From Candidatus Latescibacterota bacterium (GTDB lineage Bacteria > Latescibacterota > UBA2968), in NCBI GenBank assembly GCA_965207885.1, contig OZ242311.1, positions 4,704,001 through 4,768,000 of the forward strand: a stretch of 64,000 bases of DNA, written 5' to 3'. The notes beneath the pieces were generated by a model, which saw only the letters and a program-made list of their open reading frames with translations, did not search any database and was not told where the DNA came from. Below, in pieces: positions 1 to 10,189 of this stretch. The translations under genes and the position numbers were made by a program. The first letter of the stretch is position 1. Every line of letters starts with the position of its first letter.

Positions 1-133
1 CTTCGCGGTCAATGTCTTCCATAATAGCCGCTTTCAGGTTTTCAATCATTTTTTCTGGCAAAAGGTCTGGAAGACAGAGAAAACCGTTGTTTCGGAAGAG
101 CTGGATTTGTCGCATGGTGAGTGAGGGCATGTC

Positions 134-883
134 CTACTCCTGAACGGGGAGAGAATAGGGATGGGGATGTCCCGTATAGACTTTTTCGCCGCGTACGAGA
201 ACTTTTTCCGGGTCGTCTTTGATTACGTCGTGGGCGTCGTGGGCGCGATAGGCAACCGTCATGCTGCGGCGAGAATGATCGGAACAATTTGTGTCAGAGC
301 CGTGATAACAGCAGTCGTTAAAGAGCAGTACGCCGCCGCGCGGCATGGGGATTGGCACTGCGCGGTAATAGTTGTCGCTGTCGTAAAAATTATCTCTTTG
401 TTTCTGTGGTCGGCGCGGGTTGAGAAATGGTCGGTTGTGGCTGCCGGGAACGATGCGCACACAGCCGTTTTCAACGGTTGATTCTTCGAGGTAGATCAAG
501 CCGGTGATAAGGGTGTGGTCATAGGGTTCTTCACCGGCGTGCCAGGGGACGGGATAAGATCCGGATGGGCGCACCATGACGTGGTTGTGTTTGTTGGTGA
601 GTACTTCGATGTTTGGGCCGATGATGCCTTCGAGGGCGTTGAGGATGATGGGGTGAGACGCAGCTTCAAAATAGACGGGGTCTCGTAAGAAAATTTTTGA
701 GAGACGGCGGACATTTTTCGGTTCTCGATCCCCTTTTTCTTCCCAAACAATGGGTTCGCGCATGTCTGCAATTTGCCGGGAGGTGACTTCATTTAGACGA
801 TCGACCAGATCGCCGGGCAAGGTTTCGCGGACTTTGTAAAATCCAGTGGTTTTGAAATACCAGAGGTCTTCTTCTGTGATCAT
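134..883 (-). CDS. Fe(II)/2-oxoglutarate-dependent PhyH-family enzyme with HxG motif (candidate halogenase)
   Basis: PhyH motifs: F.TTGFY, NGC.RIVPGSH, GGVLLF..CCYHGS, RRS. The usual WHxD reads WHAG. Confidence 0.85.
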   Translation of the reverse strand: MITEEDLWYFKTTGFYKVRETLPGDLVDRLNEVTSRQIADMREPIVWEEKGDREPKNVRRLSKIFLRDPVYFEAASHPIILNALEGIIGPNIEVLTNKHNHVMVRPSGSYPVPWHAGEEPYDHTLITGLIYLEESTVENGCVRIVPGSHNRPFLNPRRPQKQRDNFYDSDNYYRAVPIPMPRGGVLLFNDCCYHGSDTNCSDHSRRSMTVAYRAHDAHDVIKDDPEKVLVRGEKVYTGHPHPYSLPVQE

Positions 884-899
884 GTTGAGATATCCTTTA

Positions 900-2234
900 T
901 TATCTCGGGTCTATTACTCGCCCGACAAATAGGGTGGTATTGGTCGCTATGTCCCGGATGAGGAAGATAAATGGCCGATCGACCGTGACTCTGGGAGGGA
1001 GGGATGTTACGCCTATGACTACGCCGGTGGCAGCAGCGGCTTCTGTGCCGTTCTCATTGACCAGGACGAACGCCTTGTGAAAGGCGTCTGAAATGGACAG
1101 GTTTTTTGTTCCATCCATGCCGGAGAAGTCCGCTAATTGCGGGTTAAAGGCATCGGATATTCCCATCTTCTGAAGCATTGCGCCCAGCTTGAATTGGGCT
1201 TCAAACTCGAATGAGGGCATGGTGAGCTCTATGCGCTGGCGTCTCAGGTCTTTCGAAACCTGACTGATGAGTTCGGCGTTTAGCGACTTTTCGAACGGGT
1301 CAAAAGTGCCTTTGTCGGGAAGCAGGATGGCCATGGATATTTCACCGCCGTCGTAGAGCAATTCGACAGCCTGATATCCCGTACCCCTCGCATAGCCGAA
1401 TGATTCGGTCTGTCGCATCATCGGTACCTTGATGCTGTTGCCAGTGAGCAAGTAGAAGTCGCCTTCAGCAGTGGCTCTTTCGTCGAAGGTGTGAAGCCAC
1501 GCCGCGTTGAAGTAGATGGCATTGGTGAGGACTAAGCGGGTCAAGTTGTCAATTGCGCCGGAAGGTATGAGGTCTTTGATTTTCTCTTCGGTTTGATGGG
1601 CAACCCAGTCGTTGATTGTGACGCGCGAGTTTTCTGGCGCCTCAGTGAAGTTTGCGATTCTCATTCCAGCGCCGTAATTTTCCGCCAGTTTGTCCAGAAA
1701 GTTCTGCAGAAAGCTATAGCCCTGTTGTCCCCAGATCGCATTGGCGATGTTCAATCGAAATCCCTTGCCATCCTGGCCACTGCTGCCTTCGCCGCGAGAT
1801 GCGAGTTGGAGATCGAGGGCGTTGAACGCGGAGTGCAACTTGTCCTGGGACAGGGTGAAGTGCAGTGCGTTTGACATCTGGCGTTCGGTTTCGCCTCTGG
1901 CACCGGCATAGGTCATGGCAAGTGCCAGCGAGATGCTGTAGGGCGAATAGAAAAGGTTTCCGCTTTCTTCTTCGCGCAGTTTCTGATACAGGCCAAAGGC
2001 GAAGTCGTTGTTGCCGCGCACCAGGTCTGTTAGCTCTGAATCTGTCGCCAGAGGTATGGTCACCCGCGTCTTTTCTGATCGCACTTCGTTTGATTGCGTT
2101 TCTTCTGTAGCAGGTGTCTCGGTTGGCGGGGGGGCTGTGGGAGAGACCTCCGGTAATTTACCGCATCCGAGTAGTGCGATTGATAGTATTATAGCAGGTA
2201 GCAAATGGTTGGTTGGCTTTTGTATCATTTTCAT
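900..2234 (-). CDS. serpin (serine protease inhibitor), predicted lipoprotein
   Basis: NLFYSPYSI, LTNAIYF, hinge ENGTEAAAAT, DRPFIFLI..LFVGRV; lipobox LLGC followed by a Pro/Thr-rich linker. Confidence 0.93.
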   Translation of the reverse strand: MKMIQKPTNHLLPAIILSIALLGCGKLPEVSPTAPPPTETPATEETQSNEVRSEKTRVTIPLATDSELTDLVRGNNDFAFGLYQKLREEESGNLFYSPYSISLALAMTYAGARGETERQMSNALHFTLSQDKLHSAFNALDLQLASRGEGSSGQDGKGFRLNIANAIWGQQGYSFLQNFLDKLAENYGAGMRIANFTEAPENSRVTINDWVAHQTEEKIKDLIPSGAIDNLTRLVLTNAIYFNAAWLHTFDERATAEGDFYLLTGNSIKVPMMRQTESFGYARGTGYQAVELLYDGGEISMAILLPDKGTFDPFEKSLNAELISQVSKDLRRQRIELTMPSFEFEAQFKLGAMLQKMGISDAFNPQLADFSGMDGTKNLSISDAFHKAFVLVNENGTEAAAATGVVIGVTSLPPRVTVDRPFIFLIRDIATNTTLFVGRVIDPR

Positions 2235-2449
2235 GTTAGCCTCCTTGCCCGGCTATCGTCTCCATGGATGGATACAGAAAAATTATCTCAAATTATGGTG
2301 TAAATCAAGGTTTATTGTTCGCGATGGTCCAGGGCATCACATTTTTTTCAATCTGGAAGCTCTCGTTTTTTCTATGAGTAACGAAAAAAATGTAGTATAT
2401 TGAAATTACTTGAAGTTCTTTGTTTTTCATTTTGTGAAAGGATAGCTGT

Positions 2450-4285
2450 ATGCCCAACGCGTTACTTGTATATCCAAAGAATCCGGTGACGTTCTGGAGT
2501 TTTGATGAGGCTTTGAGGTTGATCGGAAAGAAGTCTGCTTTTCCGCCTTTGGGGTTGTTGACGATTGCCGGTATGATGCCCGAGCAATACAGTTTGCGCG
2601 TGGTGGATGTGAATGTGCATCCACTGACAGATGAAGATCTGGATTGGGCAGATGTTGTGATTACATCGTCGATGATTATTCACTGGCATTCCCTCGAAGA
2701 GATTATTGCTCAGTGCAATGTCGCAGGCGTGCCCGTGCTCAATGGCGGTCCGTTGCCCACGCAGTATTGCGAAGATATTGAGGGAGATGCGATTTTTTAT
2801 CTGGGCGAGGCTGAAAATGGTTTTATGGATGTGGTCGAGCGATTGGTGGCCGAACCCTACCATGGGGGGCGAGAGTACATTGATCGGCGAGGTGATTTTC
2901 AAAGCCTCTCAACAACACCGCTTCCGCGCTGGGATCTGATCAATTTTGACGATTATACTGTGATGGTGATTCAGATTACAAGGGGGTGTCCAGAAAGTTG
3001 CACATTTTGCAATATCCCCGCGCTTTACGGCAAGATAACGCGTTTGAAAAATAGTAGCCGCGTGATTCAGGAACTGGACGCGCTTTACGACAGAGGCTGG
3101 CGCGGTTCAGTTATGGCAGTTGATGACAATTTTGTTGGCAACCGCGAAGAGATTCGAGAAACACTGGAAGAAGAGGTGGTTCCCTGGCAAAGAGAGCGTG
3201 GGTATCCTTTCCAACTCTTTACACAGGCCAGCATTCGCGTGAGCGATGATCCCGCGCTGTTAGAAGCGATGCACCTCGCTGGATTTGATAAAATTTTTGC
3301 GGGGATTGAATCGCCAGTGGAAGAGAGCCTGAAGTTTATGGGCGCGCAAAAGAATCTGCAGGGCGATACGCCTTTGCTGGACAAAGTGAAGATTCTGCAA
3401 GACTATGGCATGGAGGTTCAGGCTGGTTTTATTATGGGCCTGGATACAGATCCAGATGATATTGCCGACCGCATGATTGCGTTTATCAGAGAAGCGGGTA
3501 TTCCGGTGGCTATGGTGGGGGTTTTGGGCGTGTTGCGCGACACGCCCGACTTCAAGCGCTACAAGCGGTTGGGCCGCCTGCGTGAAGATGTAAAATATAC
3601 GGGTGATTCGGGTATTTTCAGTCGGGAGTTGAGTTATGTGCCCCTCATCGATCCCGATGAACTGCTGGCGCGTCATCGCAAGGTCGTGGAAACGCTGAAC
3701 AGCCCAGAGATATTCTTTGAACGCTGCCGCACGCACTATGCACACCGCGCGCGCAGACCGATTCCATCAATGCCAATTGGTTGGATAGAACTCAGGGCGG
3801 GGTTGCGCTCTTTTTGGCATCAGGGGGTGTCCGGAACTTATCGGTGGACGTTCTGGAAGTTTATGGCCCATATGCTCTTGCATCATCCTCGCGATTTTGG
3901 CGATGCCATACGCATGTCCATTCATGGGCGTCATTTGATCCTCACCACGCGCGACGCTCTGCAAGTCGATGATGTGCAGACATTTTTGGATGAGGCGCTG
4001 GATCACCTGAAGCGATTTAGCGAGGGATATAAAGAGGTGAGCGTCGGTGATTACGCGAGCAAGTTGATGCACGCTTTGCACGGGCGGATTGATCATTTTC
4101 AGGACGATTATCGCACTTTGCAACACAACGCCGAGGTGATGTTGAAGGCGGCTCAGGAATACTGTGGGTTGATCCGCAAGGAATTTCGCCATCAGGTTGC
4201 AGAACCTCTCGAGCGTTTTCAGCAAGAGATTGAAGCAATTCTCGAATCATATCCCACACAAAGCAGTTTGCAACCTGCGCGATAG
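2450..4285 (+). CDS. B12-binding radical SAM protein (DUF4070-type)
   Basis: N-terminal PPLGLLT cobalamin-binding region, RGCPESCTFC (CxxxCxxC), DDNF, GIES, GFIMGLD. Confidence 0.9.
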   Translation: MPNALLVYPKNPVTFWSFDEALRLIGKKSAFPPLGLLTIAGMMPEQYSLRVVDVNVHPLTDEDLDWADVVITSSMIIHWHSLEEIIAQCNVAGVPVLNGGPLPTQYCEDIEGDAIFYLGEAENGFMDVVERLVAEPYHGGREYIDRRGDFQSLSTTPLPRWDLINFDDYTVMVIQITRGCPESCTFCNIPALYGKITRLKNSSRVIQELDALYDRGWRGSVMAVDDNFVGNREEIRETLEEEVVPWQRERGYPFQLFTQASIRVSDDPALLEAMHLAGFDKIFAGIESPVEESLKFMGAQKNLQGDTPLLDKVKILQDYGMEVQAGFIMGLDTDPDDIADRMIAFIREAGIPVAMVGVLGVLRDTPDFKRYKRLGRLREDVKYTGDSGIFSRELSYVPLIDPDELLARHRKVVETLNSPEIFFERCRTHYAHRARRPIPSMPIGWIELRAGLRSFWHQGVSGTYRWTFWKFMAHMLLHHPRDFGDAIRMSIHGRHLILTTRDALQVDDVQTFLDEALDHLKRFSEGYKEVSVGDYASKLMHALHGRIDHFQDDYRTLQHNAEVMLKAAQEYCGLIRKEFRHQVAEPLERFQQEIEAILESYPTQSSLQPAR

Positions 4286-4306
4286 GACGCGCTGCGATAA
4301 AAAACA

Positions 4307-4387
4307 AAAGCCCGGTATCATAAAAGATATCGGGCTTTATTTTTTCTTAAAAAGAAGCCGGAGACACTGTCTTCGGCTTCTTTGTTT
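4307..4387. terminator. two adjacent hairpin terminators between convergent genes
   Basis: AAAGCCCG..CGGGCTTT plus T-run, and GAAGCCGGAGAC..GTCTTCGGCTTC with flanking A/T runs. Confidence 0.7.
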
Positions 4388-4713
4388 TAAGCGAGCACAG
4401 CTTTGAGTTTGTCTTCTATCGCGCTTTTGGGGACAGCGCCGATAAGCTGATCTGCCTGTTTGCCGTCCTTAAAGATGAGTAATGTGGGGATGCTGCGAAT
4501 GCCAAATCCCTGTGCTGTTTGCTGGGCGTGATCTACATCGACTTTGCAGATTTTAACGCGACCATCGTATTCACGGGCGAGTTCTTCAATGCTGGGGGCA
4601 ATCATCCGGCACGGACCGCACCAAGTTGCCCAGAAATCCACGAGTACCGGGAGATCGGAATCGACAACTTCTGTCTGGAAATTTTCATCTGTAACATTCA
4701 ATGGACTTCCCAC
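4387..4713 (-). CDS. trxA: thioredoxin
   Basis: VDFWATWCGPC, IRSIPTL; GTG start with AGGAG RBS. Confidence 0.96.
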   Translation of the reverse strand: MGSPLNVTDENFQTEVVDSDLPVLVDFWATWCGPCRMIAPSIEELAREYDGRVKICKVDVDHAQQTAQGFGIRSIPTLLIFKDGKQADQLIGAVPKSAIEDKLKAVLA

Positions 4714-4784
4714 TTTGAGACTCCTTTCGGATTGGGTTTTGTTCTGATGAGAATGTGCTAAACTACCAGATTTTTACGGGGTTG

Positions 4785-5810
4785 TCAAGGGGATGCACGG
4801 CAGATTCGATAGGCCAGATGGGCGAGTATTTCGTGTGGTGTCCCGCCGCTGGATTTGAGGCGGTTGTCTGCATCGAGAAGGGCATCATGGGCATTCCAGA
4901 GTGCTCGTTCGTCGAATAGACGGGCCTGATCGAGATAGTTGTTGAGAAAAAAAGCGGGCACTTTGAGGCGTGAAGCGATTGCATTTCTGGGTAGGCGCTG
5001 GCCCGATAACCACCGCGCGCGCCGCAAAATCCCAAAGTGACGGACGAGTAGCGCGATTGTGCCGGCGGGATGTTCTCCCTGTTCGCAGAGCCGTCCAATA
5101 AGGATCTGTGCTTTGTTCAGCTGACGGTGCCCGAGTGCGTCGGCGAGTTCAAAAACCGTGATCCCCCGCGTGTTGTCTATCACCTGAGCGACGTCTTCGC
5201 GCGAGATTGGATTGGATGGGGTAGCGATAAAGAGTTTTTCGATTTCGCCGTTCAATTCGCGCAGATTTGATCCGATGCTCATGTGGAGCAGGTGAGCCGC
5301 GTCGGGCGCGATTTGTCTGTTCAGAGATTTGACATGTGTCTGGATCCAGGCCGGAATTTCATTGTCGTAGGGCGGGCGAAATTCGATTGCAATCGCGCGT
5401 TTTCTAAGTTCGGCAAATAGTTTTTTGCGTCCATCGGGTTTGGTGGCTGTGATGATTATGGTCGTTGTTTCGGGTGGGGATTCAATGAGGGGCAAGAGTT
5501 CGGGGGTGGCTGAGTCGGGTAAACGGTCGGCGTTTTTGAGGACAATCAGGCGGCGTTGCGCCATCATTGGAAAGGTGAGTGCTTGTGCAATGACCTGCGG
5601 AATATCGATGTCTTCGGCGCGATAGATGTCGAGATTGAAGGGGCGCGCTGCGGGTTCAATAAGGGTTTCAACGAGGGTGTTGAGAAGTTGATCGCGTTGA
5701 AAGTCTTCTTCCCCGTGGAAGTAGTAGAGAGATGAGATTTCGCCTTTTTGGACGGCATCGAGAACTTGAGCTGGCGATGGGCCGGTTTTGCGAGGACGTC
5801 GGGTAGCCAT
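4785..5810 (-). CDS. holA: DNA polymerase III delta subunit
   Basis: YYFHGEE, FN..Y, PMMAQRRL, EIEKL, VFELADA, D.RLKS; 341 aa. Confidence 0.9.
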   Translation of the reverse strand: MATRRPRKTGPSPAQVLDAVQKGEISSLYYFHGEEDFQRDQLLNTLVETLIEPAARPFNLDIYRAEDIDIPQVIAQALTFPMMAQRRLIVLKNADRLPDSATPELLPLIESPPETTTIIITATKPDGRKKLFAELRKRAIAIEFRPPYDNEIPAWIQTHVKSLNRQIAPDAAHLLHMSIGSNLRELNGEIEKLFIATPSNPISREDVAQVIDNTRGITVFELADALGHRQLNKAQILIGRLCEQGEHPAGTIALLVRHFGILRRARWLSGQRLPRNAIASRLKVPAFFLNNYLDQARLFDERALWNAHDALLDADNRLKSSGGTPHEILAHLAYRICRASP

Positions 5811-5828
5811 CTGTGTTATCCGAGGAGT

Positions 5829-6014
5829 TTAAAGGTCTTTAAAGTCCGCGTCTTCAATTTGTGAATCGTCAATATCGCGCAGGGGGTTTTTCTTAGATGA
5901 TGTACGAGTGGTTGCGCGCATTAGTATGGCGCGGAATAAACCACCAACAAAACGAAAAAACAGGACGAGGATAAGGATGAAGAGAAATATACGAAGCAAC
6001 ATGGGTGTCTCCAT
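5829..6014 (-). CDS. small membrane protein ending IEDADFKDL
   Basis: Hydrophobic N-terminus, conserved-looking acidic C-terminal motif; lies in the operon between the RND pump and holA. Confidence 0.6.
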   Translation of the reverse strand: METPMLLRIFLFILILVLFFRFVGGLFRAILMRATTRTSSKKNPLRDIDDSQIEDADFKDL

Positions 6015-6026
6015 AGCCTTAGTGGC

Positions 6027-9000
6027 TCAATCTGCGGCGGTGTGGCGATATGGGGTTGTCGATTCAATTTTGGGCGCGCCAAACCATCGCCAGATAAGGC
6101 TGATTAGAACAGGTACAACGATCAGTGTGAGGGCAGTGGCAAATGCGAGACCAAAGATGACAGCTACGCCCATTGGCCCCCACCATTGACTGCTGCGTCC
6201 CCCAATTTCCCATGAAAAGGAAAGAAAGTCAAAACTGATACCCGTGGCAAGGGGCAACAGACCCAGAATGGTGGTTATGGCTGTGAGAATGACGGGGCGA
6301 AATCTCACGACGCCTGCGCGTATGATTGCCTCGCGCGCTGAAAGGCCGCGCTGGCGCAATTGCAGGGTATAGCCAATTAGAACAATGGCGTTGTTGACCA
6401 CCACGCCTGCGAGGCTGATCACGCCGATGCCGGTCATGAGAATACCAAAGGGGGTGCCGGTGACAATCAGGCCGATTAGTACGCCAATCATAGACAAAAT
6501 GACGGATGTGAGAATGGTAAAGGGCAGGGCCAGAGAATTGAATTGCGTAATAAGAATGAGCGCAATGCCCGCCAATGCTACGAGCAGAGCTTTAGAAAGA
6601 AAGGCGGTGGCTTTTTGTTGTTCTTCAGTTTCACCGGAATAGGCGATCTGATAGCCCGGTGGCAGGGGAAAATTGGATAGGGCTGCTTGTACATCGCGCA
6701 TGGCTGCATCAGATGTGCGGTCTTGCACTTTGCCTTCGATGGAGATCACGCGTTTGAGATCCTTGCGCCGAATGCTGCCAAATCCTCCGCCCGTTTCTAT
6801 GCGTGCAACCGCGCTTATGGGCGTGATTTTGCCATCTTTTTCAATGGTGATGCGTTCGAGGTCGGCGAGGGTGTTGCGCTTGTCGGATTTGAATCTCACG
6901 CGAATATCGTATTCGTCTTCGCCCAGTCGATATTCGGATGCTTCTGAGCCGTAAACAGCCGAGCGCACCGTAGCGGCAATCAGGCGCGTATTGAGGCCCG
7001 CTATTGCAGCGGCTTCTCGATCTACGACGATGCGGACTTCGGGACGCCCCCGGTCGTAGTCATCTTTGAGATCGACAACGCCGGGCACTTCGGCCACGAT
7101 GCGTTTGATGCGTGCGGATAGTTGACCCAAAATTTCGAAATTTTCGCCGGATACCTCAACGCTGATGGGCGGGCCTACAGGTGGACCGCCGCGTTCTTGA
7201 GACAGTTCGATTTCAGCGCCGGTCAGATTTTTGAGTTTATTGCGAATTTCCTCAATGGTCTTAAAAGAGGATTGCTGCCGAAGGCTTTCATCGACAAAAT
7301 CAACGGAAATGCGACTGGCATTTGAAATGCCTTCGCCAGACGCAAATTCATCGCCGCCCGAGACACCTACGTTGGCGACATAGGTTTCAACATCGGGAAT
7401 ATCGGAGAGAACGGATTCGATTTGGCGCGCCAGTTGATCCGATGTTTCGAGGTTTGTGCCAGATGGGGCACGCACGTCTATATAGGCTGTATTGGGTTCA
7501 ATTTCGGGAAAAAATTCGATGCCCCGGCCTGTGAAATAGTACGCCACAATGACGAGGATGAGTGTGCTCGCTGCAAGAGAGAGGGTTATTCCCGGGTAAT
7601 TGAGTGCCAGTTCGAGGCGACGCTGATAGGCGTTGAGGCTGCGCTGAAGGCGGGGTGATGTTTCTTCGACCGTTCCGCGCACTGTCATGAAAGATGCACA
7701 AAATGTGGGATTGAGGACGAGGCCCACAAAGAGGGACGAAGACAGGGTTATGATCAGAGTTATGGGCAAATATTTCATAAATTCGCCCATAATGCCGGGC
7801 CAGACAATCATGGGTGCAAAAGCACATAATGTCGTCAGTGTTGAGGTGATCACAGGCCATGCAACTTCTCCCGTGCCTTCCAACGCTCCCTGGATGGGAG
7901 ATTGGCCTTCTTGCCGATGGCGATAGATGTTTTCGACAATGACGATGGCGTTATCGACGAGCATGCCGAGTGCGAGGATCAGGCTAAACAAAACGATCAT
8001 ATTGAGCGTGATGCCCATAATGGAGATAATGACAAAAGCAATGAGCATAGAGAGGGGAATGGCGATACCGACAAAAAAGGCATTGCGGAGGCCCAAAAAA
8101 AAGAGGAGTACCAGAATGACGAGGATGAGGCCGGATACGATATTGTTTTCGAGGTCTTTGACCATCATGCGAATGTCTTCGGACTGGTCGCCCAAAATGG
8201 TGATTTGTGTGCCTGCGGGAAGGGTGGGTTTCAATTCGTCGAGTGCGCTTTTAATCTGATCGGCGATGGCAATCAGATTTTCACCGCTGCGTTTGACAAT
8301 TTCGAGACTCACACTGGGTTTGTGGTTGAGGCGGGCGTAATTTGTGCGGTCCTTAAAGCCATATACGACATCGGCAACATCGCGAATATAGATCGGGCGA
8401 CCTTGCGAGGCTTTGATGAGGAGGTCGCCAATTTGAGGAACGGTTTCAAGTTCGCCGGGTACGCGTACGGCGTATTTGTATGCGCCCATATCCACACTGC
8501 CGCCGGGAAGGGTCAAATTTTCGCGTTGAATCGCTTCTATTACATCCTGGATGGCGAGTTTGTAGGCGATGAGGCGGTCGGGATCGACATCGACTTTGAC
8601 TTCGTGTTCAAGACCACCCACCACGCGGACTTCGAGAATGCCGGGAATGGTTTCGATATGATCGGCGAAGTCTTCGGCAATTTCTTTGAGCCGAATAAGT
8701 CCATAATCTCCTGACAATGCGACGATCATCATGGGGATATTGGAAAAGTTGACTTCGAGGACCAAGGGGTCTTCTGCATCATCGGGTAATTCTGATTTGG
8801 CGAGATCGACCTTGTCTTTGACGCGCTGAAGGGCATTGTCAATGTCGGCATTGGGATTAAATTCGACTGTGATTGACGAAGCACCTTCGACCGAACTCGA
8901 ACGGATTACTTTGACGTTTTCAATGGATTGAAGTTCTTTTTCCAGGGGTCGGGTGATGAGGTTTTCAACATCTTGGGGCGAGGCGCCGATATACGGCGTG

Positions 9001-9143
9001 TTGACGATGATAAGGGGTATGGTAATATCTGGCGCAGCTTCGCGGGGAAGCGACAGATAAGCCGAGATGCCCGATATGATCAGGATGCCGACAAAGACGT
9101 AAACGGTGATGCGATGTTTGAGCGCGTACGCGGTGATGGTCAT
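6027..9143 (-). CDS. RND efflux permease (AcrB/AcrD/AcrF family)
   Basis: 1038 aa, GMLVDNAIV, GVVVNNAIV, RFRPVILT, multiple TM segments. Confidence 0.95.
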   Translation of the reverse strand: MTITAYALKHRITVYVFVGILIISGISAYLSLPREAAPDITIPLIIVNTPYIGASPQDVENLITRPLEKELQSIENVKVIRSSSVEGASSITVEFNPNADIDNALQRVKDKVDLAKSELPDDAEDPLVLEVNFSNIPMMIVALSGDYGLIRLKEIAEDFADHIETIPGILEVRVVGGLEHEVKVDVDPDRLIAYKLAIQDVIEAIQRENLTLPGGSVDMGAYKYAVRVPGELETVPQIGDLLIKASQGRPIYIRDVADVVYGFKDRTNYARLNHKPSVSLEIVKRSGENLIAIADQIKSALDELKPTLPAGTQITILGDQSEDIRMMVKDLENNIVSGLILVILVLLFFLGLRNAFFVGIAIPLSMLIAFVIISIMGITLNMIVLFSLILALGMLVDNAIVIVENIYRHRQEGQSPIQGALEGTGEVAWPVITSTLTTLCAFAPMIVWPGIMGEFMKYLPITLIITLSSSLFVGLVLNPTFCASFMTVRGTVEETSPRLQRSLNAYQRRLELALNYPGITLSLAASTLILVIVAYYFTGRGIEFFPEIEPNTAYIDVRAPSGTNLETSDQLARQIESVLSDIPDVETYVANVGVSGGDEFASGEGISNASRISVDFVDESLRQQSSFKTIEEIRNKLKNLTGAEIELSQERGGPPVGPPISVEVSGENFEILGQLSARIKRIVAEVPGVVDLKDDYDRGRPEVRIVVDREAAAIAGLNTRLIAATVRSAVYGSEASEYRLGEDEYDIRVRFKSDKRNTLADLERITIEKDGKITPISAVARIETGGGFGSIRRKDLKRVISIEGKVQDRTSDAAMRDVQAALSNFPLPPGYQIAYSGETEEQQKATAFLSKALLVALAGIALILITQFNSLALPFTILTSVILSMIGVLIGLIVTGTPFGILMTGIGVISLAGVVVNNAIVLIGYTLQLRQRGLSAREAIIRAGVVRFRPVILTAITTILGLLPLATGISFDFLSFSWEIGGRSSQWWGPMGVAVIFGLAFATALTLIVVPVLISLIWRWFGAPKIESTTPYRHTAAD

Positions 9144-10189
9144 GGGAGGGGTTCCGCATATTTTATTGCCACGCGGTCACCATCAATGAGGTCTCGCCCG
9201 CCTTTGACGATGATCTGATCGCCAAAGGCAAGCCCCTTTTGGACGACGACGCGCTCGGCTTCTGATGGCCCCAGGCTGAGCGGACGCAAAAGTGCCTTGT
9301 TGTTTTTCACGACAAAGGCCACGGGCCCGGTTTCGCGTTCGATAATGGCTTCGCGGGGAATGACAACGACATGTCGGTGAATGCGGCGCGTGGCTTTCAG
9401 CGTGCCGATCATGCCGGGACGGATATGCCCTGTTGGATTGGGCAGGTGGATTTCAATGGGGAAAACCCTCTGGTCTGTATCTGCTGCCGGGCCAACATGG
9501 GCGATTGTGCCCTCATAAGTCTGGTTCGGTAGCGCGTCGAGGGCGAGGGTGACGAGACTGCCTTCGGCAAAGTCGATGATTTCGCTCTCGGATACCCAGG
9601 CCGCAACGCGCAGGCTATCCGTTTGTACGAGGCGATATGTTGCGTCATCTCGCGCGATATGTTGCCCCTGTGAGATGTATCGCTTTGCGATATGGCCCGA
9701 AAAAGGCGCTTGTATCCGCCCATAAGAGAGTCGATGCTTTAAGGTCTGCGCCGTTGATCTGGCTTTTTGGAATTCGTATTCTGTGGCAAAATACGCCTGT
9801 TCGGAAATCGATCCTTCAGAGAAAAGTTGTTTGCTGCGCTCGTAATTGTAGGCTTGAAATTTGAGATTGGCCTCGGCTTCGATCAATGCGGCCTGCAGAA
9901 GTTCCATGTTGAGTTGCGCGAGAGCCTCTCCGTGGTTGACGTAATCGCCTACATCTTTGTACGTGCCGATGACCTCACCTGATTCGAGCGCATTAATGGT
10001 CACATCGCGCCAGGCTTTTACTGTGGCAGACAGCCTGCTGTACTGGATGAGCGAATCGGGTTTGAGCACAAATGTAGATACATTGGTGGTGCGCTCTAAT
10101 GGCATTTCTTTTTGTGCCGAAGATTCGTCGCCGCAGCCCAGATTGATCGCGATCAAAAGACAGGGTATCAAAAGCCTGTACAAATTCAT
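9140..10189 (-). CDS. RND periplasmic adaptor (membrane fusion protein), lipoprotein
   Basis: Lipobox NLGC, IQAPFSG, RPGM, IPREAI; ATGA overlaps with its neighbours. Confidence 0.92.
   Translation of the reverse strand: MNLYRLLIPCLLIAINLGCGDESSAQKEMPLERTTNVSTFVLKPDSLIQYSRLSATVKAWRDVTINALESGEVIGTYKDVGDYVNHGEALAQLNMELLQAALIEAEANLKFQAYNYERSKQLFSEGSISEQAYFATEYEFQKARSTAQTLKHRLSYGRIQAPFSGHIAKRYISQGQHIARDDATYRLVQTDSLRVAAWVSESEIIDFAEGSLVTLALDALPNQTYEGTIAHVGPAADTDQRVFPIEIHLPNPTGHIRPGMIGTLKATRRIHRHVVVIPREAIIERETGPVAFVVKNNKALLRPLSLGPSEAERVVVQKGLAFGDQIIVKGGRDLIDGDRVAIKYAEPLP

Noticed and set aside
1-22. Possible start of a minus-strand gene (MEDIDRE..) running off the left edge
   Set aside because: Only 7 codons are visible; it cannot be supported or identified.
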